Origin: Klebsormidium nitens
Lineage: Eukaryota; Plantae; Klebsormidiophyceae
Direction of reading: 5' to 3'
NCBI GenBank assembly: GCA_000708835.1
Contig: DF236981.1
Span: forward strand, 62,001 to 126,000
Length of the DNA stretch: 64,000 nucleotides
Below are positions 63,101 through 64,000 of this stretch, in pieces. A program made the translations under genes and the position numbers. A model generated the notes under the pieces. That model was not told the origin of the DNA and did not search any database. It saw nothing but the letters and a program-made list of their open reading frames with translations. Within the stretch, counting starts at the first letter, position 1. The number at the start of each line of letters is the position of its first letter.

Positions 63101-64000
63101 CCATTGATTTTCTTCTTTTTTGTGGCGCAGCGCGAGGTAGCGCGGTACACCTTGGCAAAGCAGTGGGGGCCTTTGGATGGGTTCAACATCGACGAGGACC
63201 TGGATCCACTCTTCAAAGTGAGCAGAACCCGTATCTACTTCCTCAGTTACATGTATTCCTGTAAATGACCTTGCGGAATTTGGTTCTTGATTCCGCTTCA
63301 GGCTTTCTTGACTCGGGGCAAAGCCTCTGTGAGCACTGCGTTCGGATTTCATTTCCAAAGTCGAAGAAAAGCTGGACAGGCCTTTTTTGGCCGTTTGTAC
63401 GCTTTGGTTCTAGACAATGAACCACATAGGTCTTCTGAGGTGCTGATAACGCCTTTCGCCAAGGCGTTGAGGCGCTTTCTCCTTCGGTCAAGCCACCCGA
63501 AAGAATGCCCTAGTGTTCCTTCTTTTATTTGACTCTCGGAAACTTTCAGATGGATTGATCCAAGTGGACGAGTCCGTGTCCCCTCTTTCGATCATTTTGC
63601 GTCGTTCGCCAAACAACCTTGCGTCCTCATAAGACGCGTAACAACCCGCACCCAACTTGAAATCAGAAGCAAACTTTTGCATTCAAGGAACGGACTTTGA
63701 TTCAAGCCCCCCGTTGCTTTCCAGGAGGCGTGGTGTAAGAAGTTGAACCCGATCACAGTGGCCGCCCAGTTGGACCTTAAAAAGCAGTGGGAGCCGGCGG
63801 AAAGAGTCCCCGGGGGAGAGCAGAGCGACGTGCGCGCGCGGAATCGGCGGCAGCTGCTGACCCTGGCCGATCTTATCGGGCAACGCGTGCAGTACTCGTG
63901 CGATGGGTTCCTGCGCAACAGCCGGCAGGTGAGGCGCGGAGCGTGGGGGCTTAAGAGAATATGAGAAACAGAAACTGCCTGGAGAGTGTGGCGTCTTCGA
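57165..64000 (+). CDS. SRFR1: Suppressor of rps4-RLD 1 TPR protein, 3'-truncated by the window
   Basis: Exons 57165-57280, 57547-57662, 57965-59082, 59427-59678, 60066-60132, 60477-60685, then six more through about 63927. Motifs CDRALCYIQLDLNKHAIKDCD, AWRRRGQARAA-like SWRRRGQARAAMG, LAFYQREVARY, IDEDLDPLFKEAWCKKLNP and ADLIGQRVQYSCDGFLRNSRQ match plant SRFR1 as recalled. Confidence 0.92.
60638..60975 (+). repeat. Degenerate tandem triplication (about 121-bp period) of the SRFR1 exon-6 end and adjacent intron
   Basis: Units start at 60638 (gccaagctcgacccggacgcgaaggacatatacgccaacatc), 60760 (gccagttcgacccggaagtcaaagacatatacgccaacatc) and 60881 (gccaaacatgaccctgaggcaatgacgtatacaccaatatc). Confidence 0.85.

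Noticed and set aside
15205-64000. Idea of an immunity gene cluster (MKK3, nuclease-kinase, RNase T2, SRFR1)
   Set aside because: The genes are interspersed with unrelated plastid and centriolar genes; only the kinase/RNase divergent pair has local support.
1-64000. tRNA, rRNA, snRNA and CRISPR arrays
   Set aside because: By eye I found no cloverleaf with T-loop GTTCRA plus acceptor stem, no rRNA-like blocks and no regularly spaced repeat-spacer arrays. A tRNAscan-SE/Infernal run would be needed to exclude small ncRNAs.

Overview
Intron-rich eukaryotic nuclear DNA with GT-AG introns (typical gtgag...tgcag ends). The gene set combines land-plant-type genes (MKK3, SRFR1, PHT4;2, DEG8) with the centriole/cilium gene OFD1, which points to a flagellate-producing streptophyte alga such as Klebsormidium (inference). 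I reconstructed 11 multi-exon genes by hand from splice sites and reading-frame phase: DEG8 (+), a degenerate-Nudix At5g24460-like protein (-), plastid RRF (+), MKK3 with NTF2 domain (-), a coiled-coil/PD-(D/E)xK nuclease/fungal-type kinase protein of Crinkler-RHS-like architecture (-), a secreted RNase T2 (+), an At5g25070-like UVR/coiled-coil protein (-), a plastid GNAT (+), PHT4;2/ANTR3 (-), OFD1 (+) and SRFR1 (+, runs off the window). A possible first exon of another gene sits at the left edge. Non-coding features are two copies of a TA-flanked MITE, a W-box/G-box-rich divergent promoter, and a decaying triplication of an SRFR1 exon end. Palindrome-dense, purine/pyrimidine-alternating tracts lie between gene 3' ends, including one perfect 32-bp palindrome. 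The most unusual items are the nuclease-kinase gene, which breaks the otherwise alternating gene order and sits head-to-head with a Cys-extended RNase T2, and the palindromic 3'-spacer domains. All homology calls come from motif recognition and recalled family sequences, not from database searches.
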